In this document: positions 32,006 through 41,831 of the stretch, piece by piece | Layout of the letters: each line of letters opens with the position of its first letter | How positions within the stretch are numbered: position 1 is the stretch's first letter | Assembly: GCA_035994965.1 (NCBI GenBank) | Contig: DASYKV010000066.1 | Span: 2,328-66,327 of the forward strand | Source of the DNA: Allosphingosinicella sp. | GTDB lineage: Bacteria > Pseudomonadota > Alphaproteobacteria > Sphingomonadales > Sphingomonadaceae | Length of the DNA stretch: 64,000 nucleotides | Reading direction: 5' to 3' | Position numbers and translations under genes: made by a program | Notes under the pieces: generated by a model | Seen by the model: only the letters and a program-made list of their open reading frames with translations | The model's database searches: none | What the model was told of the DNA's origin: nothing

Positions 32006-33388
32006 ATGAGCGAGGCCAAATCCTATTTCTTCTGCGGGATCGGCGGCAGCGGCATGCTGCCGCTGGCGATGATCGTGCGTGGCCTCGGGCATGAGGTGGC
32101 GGGCTCGGACCGGCTGCTCGACCAGCAAAGGCTCGCCGCCAAGTTCGACTATCTGAAAAGCCGCGGCATCGCGCTCTTCGCGCAGGACGGCAGCGGCCTC
32201 ACCAGCGCCGACCAGATCTTCGTCGCCACCGGCGCGATCGAGGACAGCGTCCCCGACATGGTCAAGGCGAAGGCGCTGGGCGCGGCGCGGCTCGGCCGCG
32301 CCGAGCTGCTCGCCCGGCTCTTCAACGCGGCCGGGACCGGCATCGCAGTCGGCGGCACCAGCGGCAAATCGACCGTCACCGGCATGATCGGCTGGATCCT
32401 GCATGAAGCGGGCCGCGACCCGAGCGTGATGAACGGCGCGGTGATGAAGAATTTCGTCTCGCCCGATCAGCCTTTCGCCAGCGCCCTGGTCGGCCGCGGC
32501 GACATTTTCGTCAGCGAGGTCGACGAGAGCGACGGCACGATCGCGCTCTACCGGCCCGCCATCGCGGTGCTCAACAACATCACCCTCGACCATCTGTCGC
32601 TGGACGAGCTCCGGCATTTGTTCCGCGACTTCGCGGCCAGGGCCAGGACGGTCGTGCTCAACCTCGACGACGACGAGACCCGCTTGCTCGCCGCCGCTCT
32701 GCCGCCCGAAAGGCTGCGCACCTGCTCGCTCCAGGATCCATCGGCGGACCTGGTCGGCAGCGACATCGAGCAGGAACCCTTCGCGATTTCCTTCCGGGCC
32801 AACGGCGTCCCGGTCCGCCTTCAAATTCCCGGCCACCACAATGTCGAGAACGCGCTCGCCGCTCTGGCCGCCGCCGAGGCCGCCGGCGTGCCGCTCGCGC
32901 AAGGGGCGGCGGCGCTCGCCGGCTTCAAGGGGCTGCGTCGGCGCTTCGAGCTGGTCGGCGAGGCGAACGGCGTCAGGGTGATCGACGATTTCGGGCACAA
33001 TCCCGACAAAATCGCCGCCACCTTGCGCACCCTCCATGCCTTTCCCGGCCGGCTCCTCCTCTTCTTCCAGCCCCACGGCTATGGCCCGCTCAGGGTGATG
33101 GGCGACGCTTTGGTCGACATGTTCGCGCGGGAAATGGCGGCGGACGACGTGCTGATCATGCCCGATCCGGTCTATTATGGCGGCACCGCCGACCGCAGCC
33201 TGGGCAGTGATTCCATCATCGCCGCAATCGCGGGGCGCGGGCGCCGGGCCGAGCATATTCCCGAACGCGACGGATGCGGCGACCGGCTGGTCGCGCTCGC
33301 CCGGCCCGGCGACCGCATCCTCGTCATGGGCGCGCGCGACGACACTTTGACCCTGTTCGCCGAAGACATCGTGGCGAGGCTCGGATGA
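32006..33388 (+). CDS. Mur ligase family protein (MurC/Mpl-like)
   Basis: GIGGSGM, GTSGKST, EVDESD, DDFGHNP and FQPH motifs; outside the dcw cluster. Confidence 0.9.
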   Translation: MSEAKSYFFCGIGGSGMLPLAMIVRGLGHEVAGSDRLLDQQRLAAKFDYLKSRGIALFAQDGSGLTSADQIFVATGAIEDSVPDMVKAKALGAARLGRAELLARLFNAAGTGIAVGGTSGKSTVTGMIGWILHEAGRDPSVMNGAVMKNFVSPDQPFASALVGRGDIFVSEVDESDGTIALYRPAIAVLNNITLDHLSLDELRHLFRDFAARARTVVLNLDDDETRLLAAALPPERLRTCSLQDPSADLVGSDIEQEPFAISFRANGVPVRLQIPGHHNVENALAALAAAEAAGVPLAQGAAALAGFKGLRRRFELVGEANGVRVIDDFGHNPDKIAATLRTLHAFPGRLLLFFQPHGYGPLRVMGDALVDMFAREMAADDVLIMPDPVYYGGTADRSLGSDSIIAAIAGRGRRAEHIPERDGCGDRLVALARPGDRILVMGARDDTLTLFAEDIVARLG

Positions 33389-33872
33389 TCCTGCTCGCGC
33401 TCGCCGCCGCCCAGCTCGCCAATCCCGGCTTCGAGCAGAGGCTGCGCGGCTGGCAGGCGCTCGGCCATCCCGGCATCGGCGTCGGCGTCCACGACAATCG
33501 AGGCTATACGATCCGCCAGTCCGCCGAGGGCGAGCATTATCTGAGCATCGGCTGGCGAAGACGCAGCGCCGCGCCGCGGGACGCGCAGATGCGCGTCTCC
33601 ACCCGCGTCGACGCGCGCCGCTACCGGGGCGGCTGATCCGCGTCTCGGCCCAGACCATTGCGCCCGATTTCGCCCATCGCAATGCGCGCCTGACCGTGAG
33701 CGCCGGCGGCGCCGAAGCGGGCGTTGCCATTGCGGCAAGCGCGCGCTGGCGCCGTCACAGCGTCACGCTCCGAATCCCCCGCACCGCCCGCGAGATCGAG
33801 ATCGCCTTCGTCGCGGGCGGCACCGCCTCCCAGCTCGGCGCCGACGACGTGCGGCTGGAGGTGCTGCGCTAG
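33385..33872 (+). pseudogene. Frameshifted secreted protein (CBM/galactose-binding-like fold suspected)
   Basis: Frame 1 stops at 33636 after RRYRGG; adding one G in ccggggcgg gives RRYRGRLIRVSAQT... open to TAG at 33872. Confidence 0.6.
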
Positions 33873-33886
33873 CGCGGCGCCGCAAC

Positions 33887-33915
33887 GAAAACGGCGGACC
33901 CGAAGGCCCGCCGCT
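33887..33915 (-). terminator. Rho-independent terminator
   Basis: cggcgg/ggcccg hairpin followed by TTTT on the minus strand. Confidence 0.6.
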
Positions 33916-33938
33916 TCAAATTCAGAATGTGTGTCCGC

Positions 33939-34487
33939 TCAGCCGGCGACGGTCATGTCGACCTTCTCGACCCATTCGGGGAAGAAGACCGGCTCGCGGT
34001 TCGACCAGCCGGGCGCGGTCGCCGCGGCTTCGCTGATCGACTGGAGCAGGGTGCGCCGGCGATCGGGGTGAAGGTGCGGCAAGGCGGACGCCGCGCAGAA
34101 GGCGCCGGGGAGCCAGGGGCGCACGGCGGCGCCGAGCAGCCGCTCGTAGAGGAAGCGATAGGAGGCGAAGCAGGGCAGGCGGTCCTGGCCGAGATCGAAG
34201 GCGGTCATGGTAACGAGCGGCGCCATCAGGGGCTCCATGGCGTCGAGGCCGCTATCGTCGGGGATTGCGTCGCGGACGGGATCGAGGCGGCGGTAGATTC
34301 GCTCCTGGGCGCGGATGCCGGCGGCTTCGGCCGGGTCGCGCGACCAGCGCTTGACCGCGTCGCGGCGGCCCAGGCCAACGTCGAGCGAACGGCGGATGTA
34401 GCGCTGCGTGCCTTTCGAGAAGCCCGCAAATTCGCGCAGTTCCGCCAAGCTTGTCGCCCCGCTGGCGGGCCGAGTCCTCGTACTCAT
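33939..34487 (-). CDS. Conserved-looking hypothetical protein
   Basis: 182-aa ORF with host-like codon usage, GGAG RBS and its own terminator. Confidence 0.75.
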   Translation of the reverse strand: MSTRTRPASGATSLAELREFAGFSKGTQRYIRRSLDVGLGRRDAVKRWSRDPAEAAGIRAQERIYRRLDPVRDAIPDDSGLDAMEPLMAPLVTMTAFDLGQDRLPCFASYRFLYERLLGAAVRPWLPGAFCAASALPHLHPDRRRTLLQSISEAAATAPGWSNREPVFFPEWVEKVDMTVAG

Positions 34488-34994
34488 GATCCCACTCCTT
34501 CTACCCCTTGAGAAAGGATCATGCACCGGAACGGCTTACCAGGCCGTTAACCAAGACCCCACTCCCCGTTCAGAATTGAATCAGAGTTCGATATGGCGGG
34601 CAATCGCAAAACTACGATGGCCATGCGCAAGCCGCCGCGACTGTCGCCCCACGGCAACAGGAGCCGGGACGAAGCCTCGGATTTCTCCCCTTTTTTCGTT
34701 GGCGAAACGATCGCCCTCCGCATAAACCCTTGTGGATAAGTCGGCCGCTTCGGCGCCTTGCGCGGGACGAATTGGCCTCTGACGCCTTCGCTTCGCCATG
34801 CTATGCGCGGAGTCGTGGGCGACAAGGCCGGAAAAAAGGGACGCGGCGGCGGCGCCGAAGACGCGATGCTCGGCGAGGCCGATTCGCGCGGCTATCGCCG
34901 GCCGCTGCCCGGCTTTTCGACCAACGCGCCGCGCCGTTCTGCGAACGACCGCCCGCCGCAAAGCTTTTCCGACGGCCCGGGGTTAGGAGGGGCC

Positions 34995-36119
34995 ATGGAC
35001 ACCTCCCTCCCGGAGAGCGACACCCGCCGGCTGCCCGATCTCGGCATCGCGCTGAAATCGATCCTTGGCTTCTGGCTGCTCTACATGGCGCTGATCACGG
35101 TGCGCGCGGCCGTCCTTCAATATCCGGAATTCTGGGAGATGTTCGCGCGCCGCTCGGTGGTCGTGCTCGGCGGCTGCGTGCTGACCTTCATCGTCTACCT
35201 GGCGATGCGGCTGGTCGCCTCGAAGAGCCTCAACGCTAAGGCGGCGCTCGCCGCCTTGCTCTGCCTGCCCGCCTCGCTGCTGTTTTCGGGCGTCAATTAT
35301 TTCGTTTTCTACGTCTATGCGCCGCTCGACGCGATCAAGATGGAGGCCGAGCGCGTGCAGATGGGCTGGAGCCCGCTGCAGATGGCGATCCGCTCGATCT
35401 TCGAAGTCTCGCTCTCCTGGTATTTCCTGTTCGCCGCCTGGGCCGCCTTCTACGTCGCGATGAGCTACGCCCGGCAGCTGCGCGCCGCCGACCGCCACGC
35501 CGCCATGCTCGCCCGCGAGGCGCAGGAGGCGCAGCTCCGCGCCCTTCGCTACCAGATCAACCCGCATTTCCTGTTCAACACCTTGAACAGCCTCTCCTCG
35601 CTGATCCTCTCGCAGAAGACCGACGTCGCCGAGCGGATGCTGATGAACCTTTCGACCTTCTTCCGTGCCACATTGGCCGCCGACCCCACCGCCGACGTTC
35701 CGCTCGAAGAGGAGATCAAGCTCCAGCGCCTCTATCTCGACATCGAGCAGATCCGCTTCCCGGACCGGCTGACGGTCGAGATCCACGTGCCCGAGTCGCT
35801 GCAATCGGCGCGAGTCCCAGTCCTCATCCTGCAGCCGATCGTCGAGAATGCGGTGAAATACGGCGTCGCCAAGTCGCGCAAGTCGGTCCGCATCGGCATT
35901 ATCGCGTCGGAGGAAGCGGGCCGGCTCCACATCAAGGTCAAGGACGATGGCGAGGTCCAGGCGGACGATAGTGGCGAGGGCGGCACCGGCGTTGGCCTCA
36001 AGAACGTCTGCGACCGGCTCACCGCCCGCTACGGCAACCGCGCCGGCTGCATGCACGGGCCCGACCCCGACGGCGGCTATAGCGTCCATATCTACATGCC
36101 CGTGGTGAGGCATGACTGA
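34995..36119 (+). CDS. LytS-like sensor histidine kinase
   Basis: QINPHFLFNTLN, LQPIVENAVKYG and GVGLKNV motifs; AGGAGG RBS. Confidence 0.93.
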   Translation: MDTSLPESDTRRLPDLGIALKSILGFWLLYMALITVRAAVLQYPEFWEMFARRSVVVLGGCVLTFIVYLAMRLVASKSLNAKAALAALLCLPASLLFSGVNYFVFYVYAPLDAIKMEAERVQMGWSPLQMAIRSIFEVSLSWYFLFAAWAAFYVAMSYARQLRAADRHAAMLAREAQEAQLRALRYQINPHFLFNTLNSLSSLILSQKTDVAERMLMNLSTFFRATLAADPTADVPLEEEIKLQRLYLDIEQIRFPDRLTVEIHVPESLQSARVPVLILQPIVENAVKYGVAKSRKSVRIGIIASEEAGRLHIKVKDDGEVQADDSGEGGTGVGLKNVCDRLTARYGNRAGCMHGPDPDGGYSVHIYMPVVRHD

Positions 36120-36855
36120 GGGCGCGCGCCTGCGGATCATGGTCGTCGACGACGAGCCGCTCGCGGTCGAGCGGCTGCAATTGCTGCTCGCGCGCCTGCC
36201 CGATATCGTCGTCGTCGGCACCGCCAATGACGGCGAAGCGGCGCTGAGGATCGCCGAGGCGGTCGCGCCCGACCTCGTTCTCCTCGACATCGCCATGCCG
36301 GGCATGGACGGGATCGACGTCGCCCGAGCGCTTTCCGCCTCCGCGGTCGACCCGGCCGTGATCTTCGTCACCGCCTTCGACAATTTCGCGGTCGCGGCGT
36401 TCGACGTCGCCGCGATCGACTATCTGATGAAGCCGGTCCGGCCCGACCGGCTGGAGCGTGCGCTCGAGCGGGTACGCGCCTATGTCGCCGGCGGCCGCAA
36501 GCAGGGGACGCGGCCCGGCTCCGGCCATGTCGAGGAATTCTGGGTGCCCGACCATAATGGCCTGGTCCGGATCGCCGCCGCCGACATCCAGCGGATCACC
36601 GCCGAGCGCGATTATATGCGCCTCCATGTCGGCGCGCGGTCCTGGCTGATCCACCGCACCATCGCCAAGCTCGAGGAGGATCTCGATCCGGCGCTGTTCA
36701 TGCGCGTCCACCGCTCGGTGATCCTCAGGCGCGACACCATCACCGGCCTCTACCGCGACGAGGCCGGCCACTGGACCGCCCGCCTCGACGACGGCGCCGA
36801 GCAGCGCATCGGCCGCTCCTATGTCGACGAGGTGAAACGCTTCGCCGGACGCTAG
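36112..36855 (+). CDS. LytTR family response regulator
   Basis: REC domain (VVDDE, LLDIAMP, KP) and LytTR domain (FMRVHRS). Confidence 0.95.
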   Translation: MTEGARLRIMVVDDEPLAVERLQLLLARLPDIVVVGTANDGEAALRIAEAVAPDLVLLDIAMPGMDGIDVARALSASAVDPAVIFVTAFDNFAVAAFDVAAIDYLMKPVRPDRLERALERVRAYVAGGRKQGTRPGSGHVEEFWVPDHNGLVRIAAADIQRITAERDYMRLHVGARSWLIHRTIAKLEEDLDPALFMRVHRSVILRRDTITGLYRDEAGHWTARLDDGAEQRIGRSYVDEVKRFAGR

Positions 36856-36857
36856 AT

Positions 36858-36903
36858 GGGACAGTTACCTAAGTGTCCCGGGGACAGTTAGGTAACTGTC
36901 CCC
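36858..36903. repeat. GGGACAGTTACCTAA repeat plus palindrome
   Basis: gggacagttacctaagtgtccc and ggggacagttaggtaactgtcccc. Confidence 0.85.
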
Positions 36904-36941
36904 AAAAAAAGGGAGGCGGCGATGGGGCACCGCCGCCTCCC
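36904..36941 (-). terminator. Strong Rho-independent terminator
   Basis: gggaggcggc-N-gccgcctccc followed by T7 on the minus strand. Confidence 0.85.
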
Positions 36942-37098
36942 GATGGAGCCTTGCCGCCTGGTGGGCTCAATCGACGACAACACTCACACCAAAAAACCGA
37001 GCAAGCTCGCGCATGAAGCGCCCGGCTTCGGCGAATGCCCGCGCCATTCGACGAAGCGCGGCGCGCGCTCGACCAAGGGGGTGGAGAGAGGAATTGGA

Positions 37099-37210
37099 GA
37101 CATTCCGGCGAATGCCGGGACCCATGACCACCGTCTCTCAAGGTGATGGAGGAAGTGCGCGCCTCTATCCTGCGCTTCGGTTCATGGGTCCCGGCCTCCG
37201 CCGGGATGAC
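37099..37210. repeat. REP pair
   Basis: gacattccggcgaatgccgggaccca ... tgggtcccggcctccgccgggatgac. Confidence 0.8.
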
Positions 37211-37221
37211 TCCTTCGGGCT

Positions 37222-37920
37222 TCAGCGCGCGTCGACGAGGACGATCTCGGCCGCTTCGAGCGCCTTGATCGTGACTTCGGCCTCGCCGGTGACGGCGACG
37301 CCGTCGCGCGGCTCGGCGCGGACGCCGTTGATCTCGACTGGGCCCTGGGTCGCCACCAGATAGACGTGGCGCGACGGATCGAGGCTGAGCGTGGCGGTCT
37401 CGCCCGCCTCGAGCGTCGCGCCCATGATTCGGGCGGCGGAGTTGATCCTGAGTACCTCGGACTCTTCTTCGAACCCGCTCGCCAGCGTAACGAACCGGCC
37501 CGACCGGTCGGCCTTGGGGAATTGCGCCGCGCCCCAGCTCGGCGCGGCGCCGGGCGTGTCGGTCGTCACCCAGATCTGGAACAGGGTCGTCGCCTCGTCC
37601 TCGAGATTATATTCGGCGTGGCGAACGCCCGTACCGGCGCTCATCACCTGGACGTCGCCGGCCATGGTGCGGCCTTTATTGCCCATCGAATCCTGATGGG
37701 TGATCGCGCCGGTGCGGACATAGGTGATGATCTCCATGTCGCGATGGGGATGCGGCGGGAAGCCGGATTTGGCGGCGATCGCATCGTCGTTCCACACCCT
37801 GATCGCGCCCCAGCCCATGCGGCCGGGATCGTGATAATCGGCGAAGGAGAAATGGTGGCGCGCATCGAGCCAGCCATGGTCGGCATGGCCGAGCGACGAG
37901 AATTTGCGGATGTCGATCAT
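37222..37920 (-). CDS. Pirin family protein (YhhW-like)
   Basis: WLDARHHFSFADY, HPHRDMEIITYV and AGTGVRHAEYN motifs. Confidence 0.95.
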   Translation of the reverse strand: MIDIRKFSSLGHADHGWLDARHHFSFADYHDPGRMGWGAIRVWNDDAIAAKSGFPPHPHRDMEIITYVRTGAITHQDSMGNKGRTMAGDVQVMSAGTGVRHAEYNLEDEATTLFQIWVTTDTPGAAPSWGAAQFPKADRSGRFVTLASGFEEESEVLRINSAARIMGATLEAGETATLSLDPSRHVYLVATQGPVEINGVRAEPRDGVAVTGEAEVTIKALEAAEIVLVDAR

Positions 37921-37941
37921 TGGTCGAATTCCTTGCCAGCC

Positions 37942-38030
37942 CTCATTCCCGCGAAAGCGGGAATCCAGCTTCTTGTTCCTCGATACCAGCTTCGCGAAGA
38001 AAGCTGGATTCCCGCTTTCGCGGGAATGAC
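37942..38030. repeat. REP pair
   Basis: tcattcccgcgaaagcgggaatccagct ... agctggattcccgctttcgcgggaatgac. Confidence 0.9.
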
Positions 38031-38040
38031 GGGACATAGG

Positions 38041-38670
38041 TCAGGCGGCGAGCTTCAGCGCCGCGCCGGCGAACAGGCCGAGCGCTTCGCCCGCCTCGGC
38101 GATCGCCGCCTCGGTCGCTTCGGGGCCGAAGGCGAGCCTTTCGGCGCGGACATAGGTGACGTCGTCGAGTCCGATGAAGCGAAGCAGAGTGCGGATGTGC
38201 GGCTCCTGGCCATCGAGCGCGGCGCCCGGGCCCTCGGAATAGAAGCCGGCGCGGCTTTCGATCACCACCGCCTTCTTGCCCTTCAGGAGGCCTTCGGGGC
38301 CCTCGGCCGTGTAGCGGAAGGTGACGCCGGCGCGCAGCACATGGTCGAACCATGCCTTCAGCGTCGAACTCATCCCGAAATTGTACATCGGGCTCGCGAT
38401 GACGATGACGTCGGCGGCCTGGAGCTCTTCAACCAGAGCGTCGGACAAGGCGCGCGCCGCGAGCTCCGCTTCGGTCGCGGGCTGGCCCTTGATCGCGGCG
38501 ACGGTCTGCGCGGTCAGATGCGGCAGCGGGTTCGCGCCGACGTCGCGGAGCACGATGTGCGCCGCGGGATCGCGGGCGCGGACGGAATCGGCGAAGCGCG
38601 CGGCGAGGCCGCCGGACACCGAGGCGTCGCCATTGGCGCTGCTGCTGACGATCAGGATGTTCATTGTCAT
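38041..38670 (-). CDS. azoR: FMN-dependent NADH-azoreductase
   Basis: PMYNFGMSSTLKAWFDHVLRAGVTFRYTAEGPEGLL motif. Confidence 0.93.
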   Translation of the reverse strand: MTMNILIVSSSANGDASVSGGLAARFADSVRARDPAAHIVLRDVGANPLPHLTAQTVAAIKGQPATEAELAARALSDALVEELQAADVIVIASPMYNFGMSSTLKAWFDHVLRAGVTFRYTAEGPEGLLKGKKAVVIESRAGFYSEGPGAALDGQEPHIRTLLRFIGLDDVTYVRAERLAFGPEATEAAIAEAGEALGLFAGAALKLAA

Positions 38671-38760
38671 GTCCCCTTGGGATGTCTGTTGCCTGAGCGG
38701 ATTTAGGGGCTTAAGAGTGTTGCCGAAAGCCATCCAGACTGCATCACGGTGTTGCATAAT

Positions 38761-39708
38761 ATGGAACGCTCCGCCCCCGATCTCGTCGACGTCCTCGCCT
38801 TCGTGCGGGTGGTGGAGACCGGCGCCTTCGCCCGCGCCGCGGAGCGGATGGGGCTCAGCAAGCCGGTGCTCTCGCGCCGCGTCGCGCGCCTGGAAGAGCA
38901 GCTGGGCGCGCGCCTCCTCACCCGGACCGCGCGGGGCGCCCAGCCGACCGACATCGGCCAGGCTTATTACGCCCGCGCCGCCGTAATCCTCGCCGATCTC
39001 GAAGCGGCGCAGGAGGTGGTCGCCGAGGCGGTGACGCAGGTCGCCGGGCCGATCCGGCTGACCGCGCCGCTCTCCTTCGGCGTCGAGCATCTCGCCCCCG
39101 CGCTTGCCGAATTCGCCGCCGCCCACCCGAAGGTCGAGCTCGACATCGAGTTCGAGGACCGCACCGTCGACCTCACCGGCGGCGGCTACGACCTTGCCGT
39201 GCGGATCGGCCGGCTGGCCGATAGCGCGCTCGTCGCGCGCCGGATCGCGCCGGTGCGCAAGCATGTAATCGCCAGCCATTCCTATCTCGCGGCGCGCGGC
39301 CGCCCCGAGCGCCCGGCCGACCTCGCCGGCCATGACGTCCTGCTCTACGGCAACGAGCAGTGGCGCTTCGAGATCGACGGCCGCTGGGAGACGATCCGGG
39401 TCGCGCCGGTGCTTCGGACCAACAATGGCGAGATGCTGCTCGCCGCCGCCGAAACCGGGCTCGGCCTCGCAATGCTGCCGAGCTTCATCGCCGCGCCGGC
39501 GCTCGAGCGCGGTACGATCGACGTGCTGCTGCGCGATTTCCCGATCGAGGAAGGCGCGCTCCACGCGGTGATGCCGCCCGGCCGCGCGGTCACCGCCCGG
39601 GTGCGGGCGCTGGTCGATTTCCTGGTCGCGCGCTTCGGCCCGGAACCGAGCTGGGATCCGTGCTGGCTGGCCCAGGAAGGGGCGCCGAACACGCCGCTTG
39701 CAATGTAG
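38761..39708 (+). CDS. LysR family transcriptional regulator (CrgA-like), divergent from azoR
   Basis: FARAAERMG HTH and DLAVRIG motifs. Confidence 0.93.
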   Translation: MERSAPDLVDVLAFVRVVETGAFARAAERMGLSKPVLSRRVARLEEQLGARLLTRTARGAQPTDIGQAYYARAAVILADLEAAQEVVAEAVTQVAGPIRLTAPLSFGVEHLAPALAEFAAAHPKVELDIEFEDRTVDLTGGGYDLAVRIGRLADSALVARRIAPVRKHVIASHSYLAARGRPERPADLAGHDVLLYGNEQWRFEIDGRWETIRVAPVLRTNNGEMLLAAAETGLGLAMLPSFIAAPALERGTIDVLLRDFPIEEGALHAVMPPGRAVTARVRALVDFLVARFGPEPSWDPCWLAQEGAPNTPLAM

Positions 39709-39772
39709 GATTCCGAATCGTTCTTCTTATGTTCCGATTCGCATGATGCGAGTCGCTCCAAGGAGAACGATC

Positions 39773-41644
39773 ATGGCCGCCGACCTGGCTATCAAGGAAC
39801 CCTGCCGCGTCGCGACGACGGCGAACATCACCCTGTCCGGGCTGCAGACCATCGACGGGGTCTCGGTCTCGGCCGGCGAGCGGGTGCTCGTGCGGGCACA
39901 GAGCACCGCCTCGCAGAACGGCATCTACGTCGCCGCCTCCGGCGCCTGGTCGCGCGCGACCGACTTCGACGGCGCCGGCGAGGCCGCGGGCGGCACCCAG
40001 GTCTTCGTCACCTCGGGCACGCTCTTCCCGGACACGGTGTGGCGGGTGGCCGGCAATGGAGCGGTCACCATCGGCAGCTCCATGGCCTTCGATCGGGAGC
40101 TGTTCATGCAGGCCGGCACCGGCGCGATCCAGCGCCCGCTCGAGGACAAGCTGCGCGAAACCCTCTCCGCCCGCGACTATGGCGCGACCGGCGATGGCGT
40201 CACCGACGACACGGCGGCGATGCTTGCCTTCTTCAATGCCTGCATCGCGCAGGGAAGTCCGGGCTACATTCCCCCCGGCACCTATCTGATCACCCTCGGC
40301 CAGCTGCTGTTCGACAATGGCAATGTCCGAACCCCATGGCCGAACATCATGACCGCGGGCGCCGAGGCCGTGACCTTCGTCGGGACCGGTACGGCGAACG
40401 AGCCGATCATCGAATTTCGCAACGGCACCTACACCGGCGGCGCGTTCGACAGCTACTGGATCGGCGGCCATCTGGGCGGAATCACGTTCGAGACCGCGAC
40501 GGCGACCGCCGGCACGAACCGCCATGGCATCAAGGCATATGGCATGTACGGAACCCACTTCGGGCAGATGATCGGGAACGCGCTCGGCGGTTCGACAATC
40601 CACCTGACCGACAAGAAGTACATGACCTACAACCCCGACCCCTATGCGATGGCCTATTGCGTCTTCGACGTGATCGAGGGCTATCGAAACACCGTCCGGA
40701 CGCTGGACAATCGAAACGGCGTGGGCATGACCTTCTGCACGGTCAGGGCGATCCGTGGAATCGAGAATGTCGGCGGCGTCCTCTATGGCCTCGGCGCATC
40801 GAACACCTTCCTCTACATGTCCGCAGGCCTGTGTCAGGGCTGGGCAATCGACTCCGGGGCGGAAGCCGAGGGGCAGATCGATCGAAGCCTCATCATCTAC
40901 GCGGAGATCGACGGTTGCCAGTACGGCATCAATCTCGAAAAAGTCGGCAATGTCGACATCACCAAGGTCCGTTTCATTCACCGCTACGAATATTCTCCGA
41001 ACGTAGGCTCGGACGATTATTGGCCGCGCATCTGCATCAACCTCGCGGACAATTCGGGCGGGGTGGTCGATTCGAAGGTGGAGATGATTCACCGCATCGA
41101 ACCCGGTGGCGACAAGGCCGACCTCGGTGCCTTCATCGACGGGAACAGCACCGGCAACATCGGCAACGTCATCATCGACCAGCGTATCTATCCCACGACC
41201 ACCGGCTTCACCTTCGCCGACAGCGACTATTATTCGAACATCAACGTTCATGCCTGGCTGCGGCTGCTGCGCGACGGGATCGTCATCTACGACACGATGC
41301 CGATCATGGTCCCCATCGGCTATCGTGGCGAGGCCGGGGCCGGCGGCGCCGTGACGCAGACGAGCTCGCGCAGCACCGCGGTTACGCTCGACAAGCTGTG
41401 CGGACAGATCACCCTGGTTTCCGCCGCCGGCTCGACGAGCCCGACCTCGTTCACCGTGAACAATAGCTTCGTCACGTCAGGCGACACGATTCAGCTCAGC
41501 CAGAAATCCGGAACCGACAAATATCGCCTCTCCGTAACGGCGGTGGGGAGCGGCAGCTTCCAGATCACCTACGCGACCTGGGCGGGAACGACCGTCGAGC
41601 AGCCGGTCTTCACCTTCGCGATCATAAATGCAGAGTCGTCCTGA
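39773..41644 (+). CDS. Orphan phage tail-fibre/tailspike-like protein with a beta-helix domain
   Basis: RVATTANITLSGLQTIDGV..GERVLV..Q...QNGIYV N-terminus; SARDYGATGDGVTDDTAA pectate-lyase-3 motif; AGGAG RBS. Confidence 0.8.
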   Translation: MAADLAIKEPCRVATTANITLSGLQTIDGVSVSAGERVLVRAQSTASQNGIYVAASGAWSRATDFDGAGEAAGGTQVFVTSGTLFPDTVWRVAGNGAVTIGSSMAFDRELFMQAGTGAIQRPLEDKLRETLSARDYGATGDGVTDDTAAMLAFFNACIAQGSPGYIPPGTYLITLGQLLFDNGNVRTPWPNIMTAGAEAVTFVGTGTANEPIIEFRNGTYTGGAFDSYWIGGHLGGITFETATATAGTNRHGIKAYGMYGTHFGQMIGNALGGSTIHLTDKKYMTYNPDPYAMAYCVFDVIEGYRNTVRTLDNRNGVGMTFCTVRAIRGIENVGGVLYGLGASNTFLYMSAGLCQGWAIDSGAEAEGQIDRSLIIYAEIDGCQYGINLEKVGNVDITKVRFIHRYEYSPNVGSDDYWPRICINLADNSGGVVDSKVEMIHRIEPGGDKADLGAFIDGNSTGNIGNVIIDQRIYPTTTGFTFADSDYYSNINVHAWLRLLRDGIVIYDTMPIMVPIGYRGEAGAGGAVTQTSSRSTAVTLDKLCGQITLVSAAGSTSPTSFTVNNSFVTSGDTIQLSQKSGTDKYRLSVTAVGSGSFQITYATWAGTTVEQPVFTFAIINAESS

Positions 41645-41831
41645 TCGCAGCGGTGCGAGACACGTCCACACAATGAGTCATCAGGGCCTTTCACGTCACG
41701 GGAGGGCCCTGATGCTCGCCGCCGCCGACCCTTGCAGCATCTCTGGCTGTTGCCGGAGATGGCGGGCGCAGGGGAGTGGACGGGGACGACCGAAACGCTA
41801 AGAAGCCCGGACCCAAGCCGAGGAACGACCT

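Noticed and set aside
34535-34550. CtrA box upstream of the hypothetical gene at 33939-34487
   Set aside because: Only one good half-site (TTAA-N7-GTAAG); too weak to call.
37222-39708. Pirin-azoR-LysR cluster as a novel system
   Set aside because: This is a common quinone/electrophile-stress arrangement.
39773-41644. Intact prophage
   Set aside because: No capsid, terminase, portal, integrase or other tail genes flank the tailspike-like ORF.
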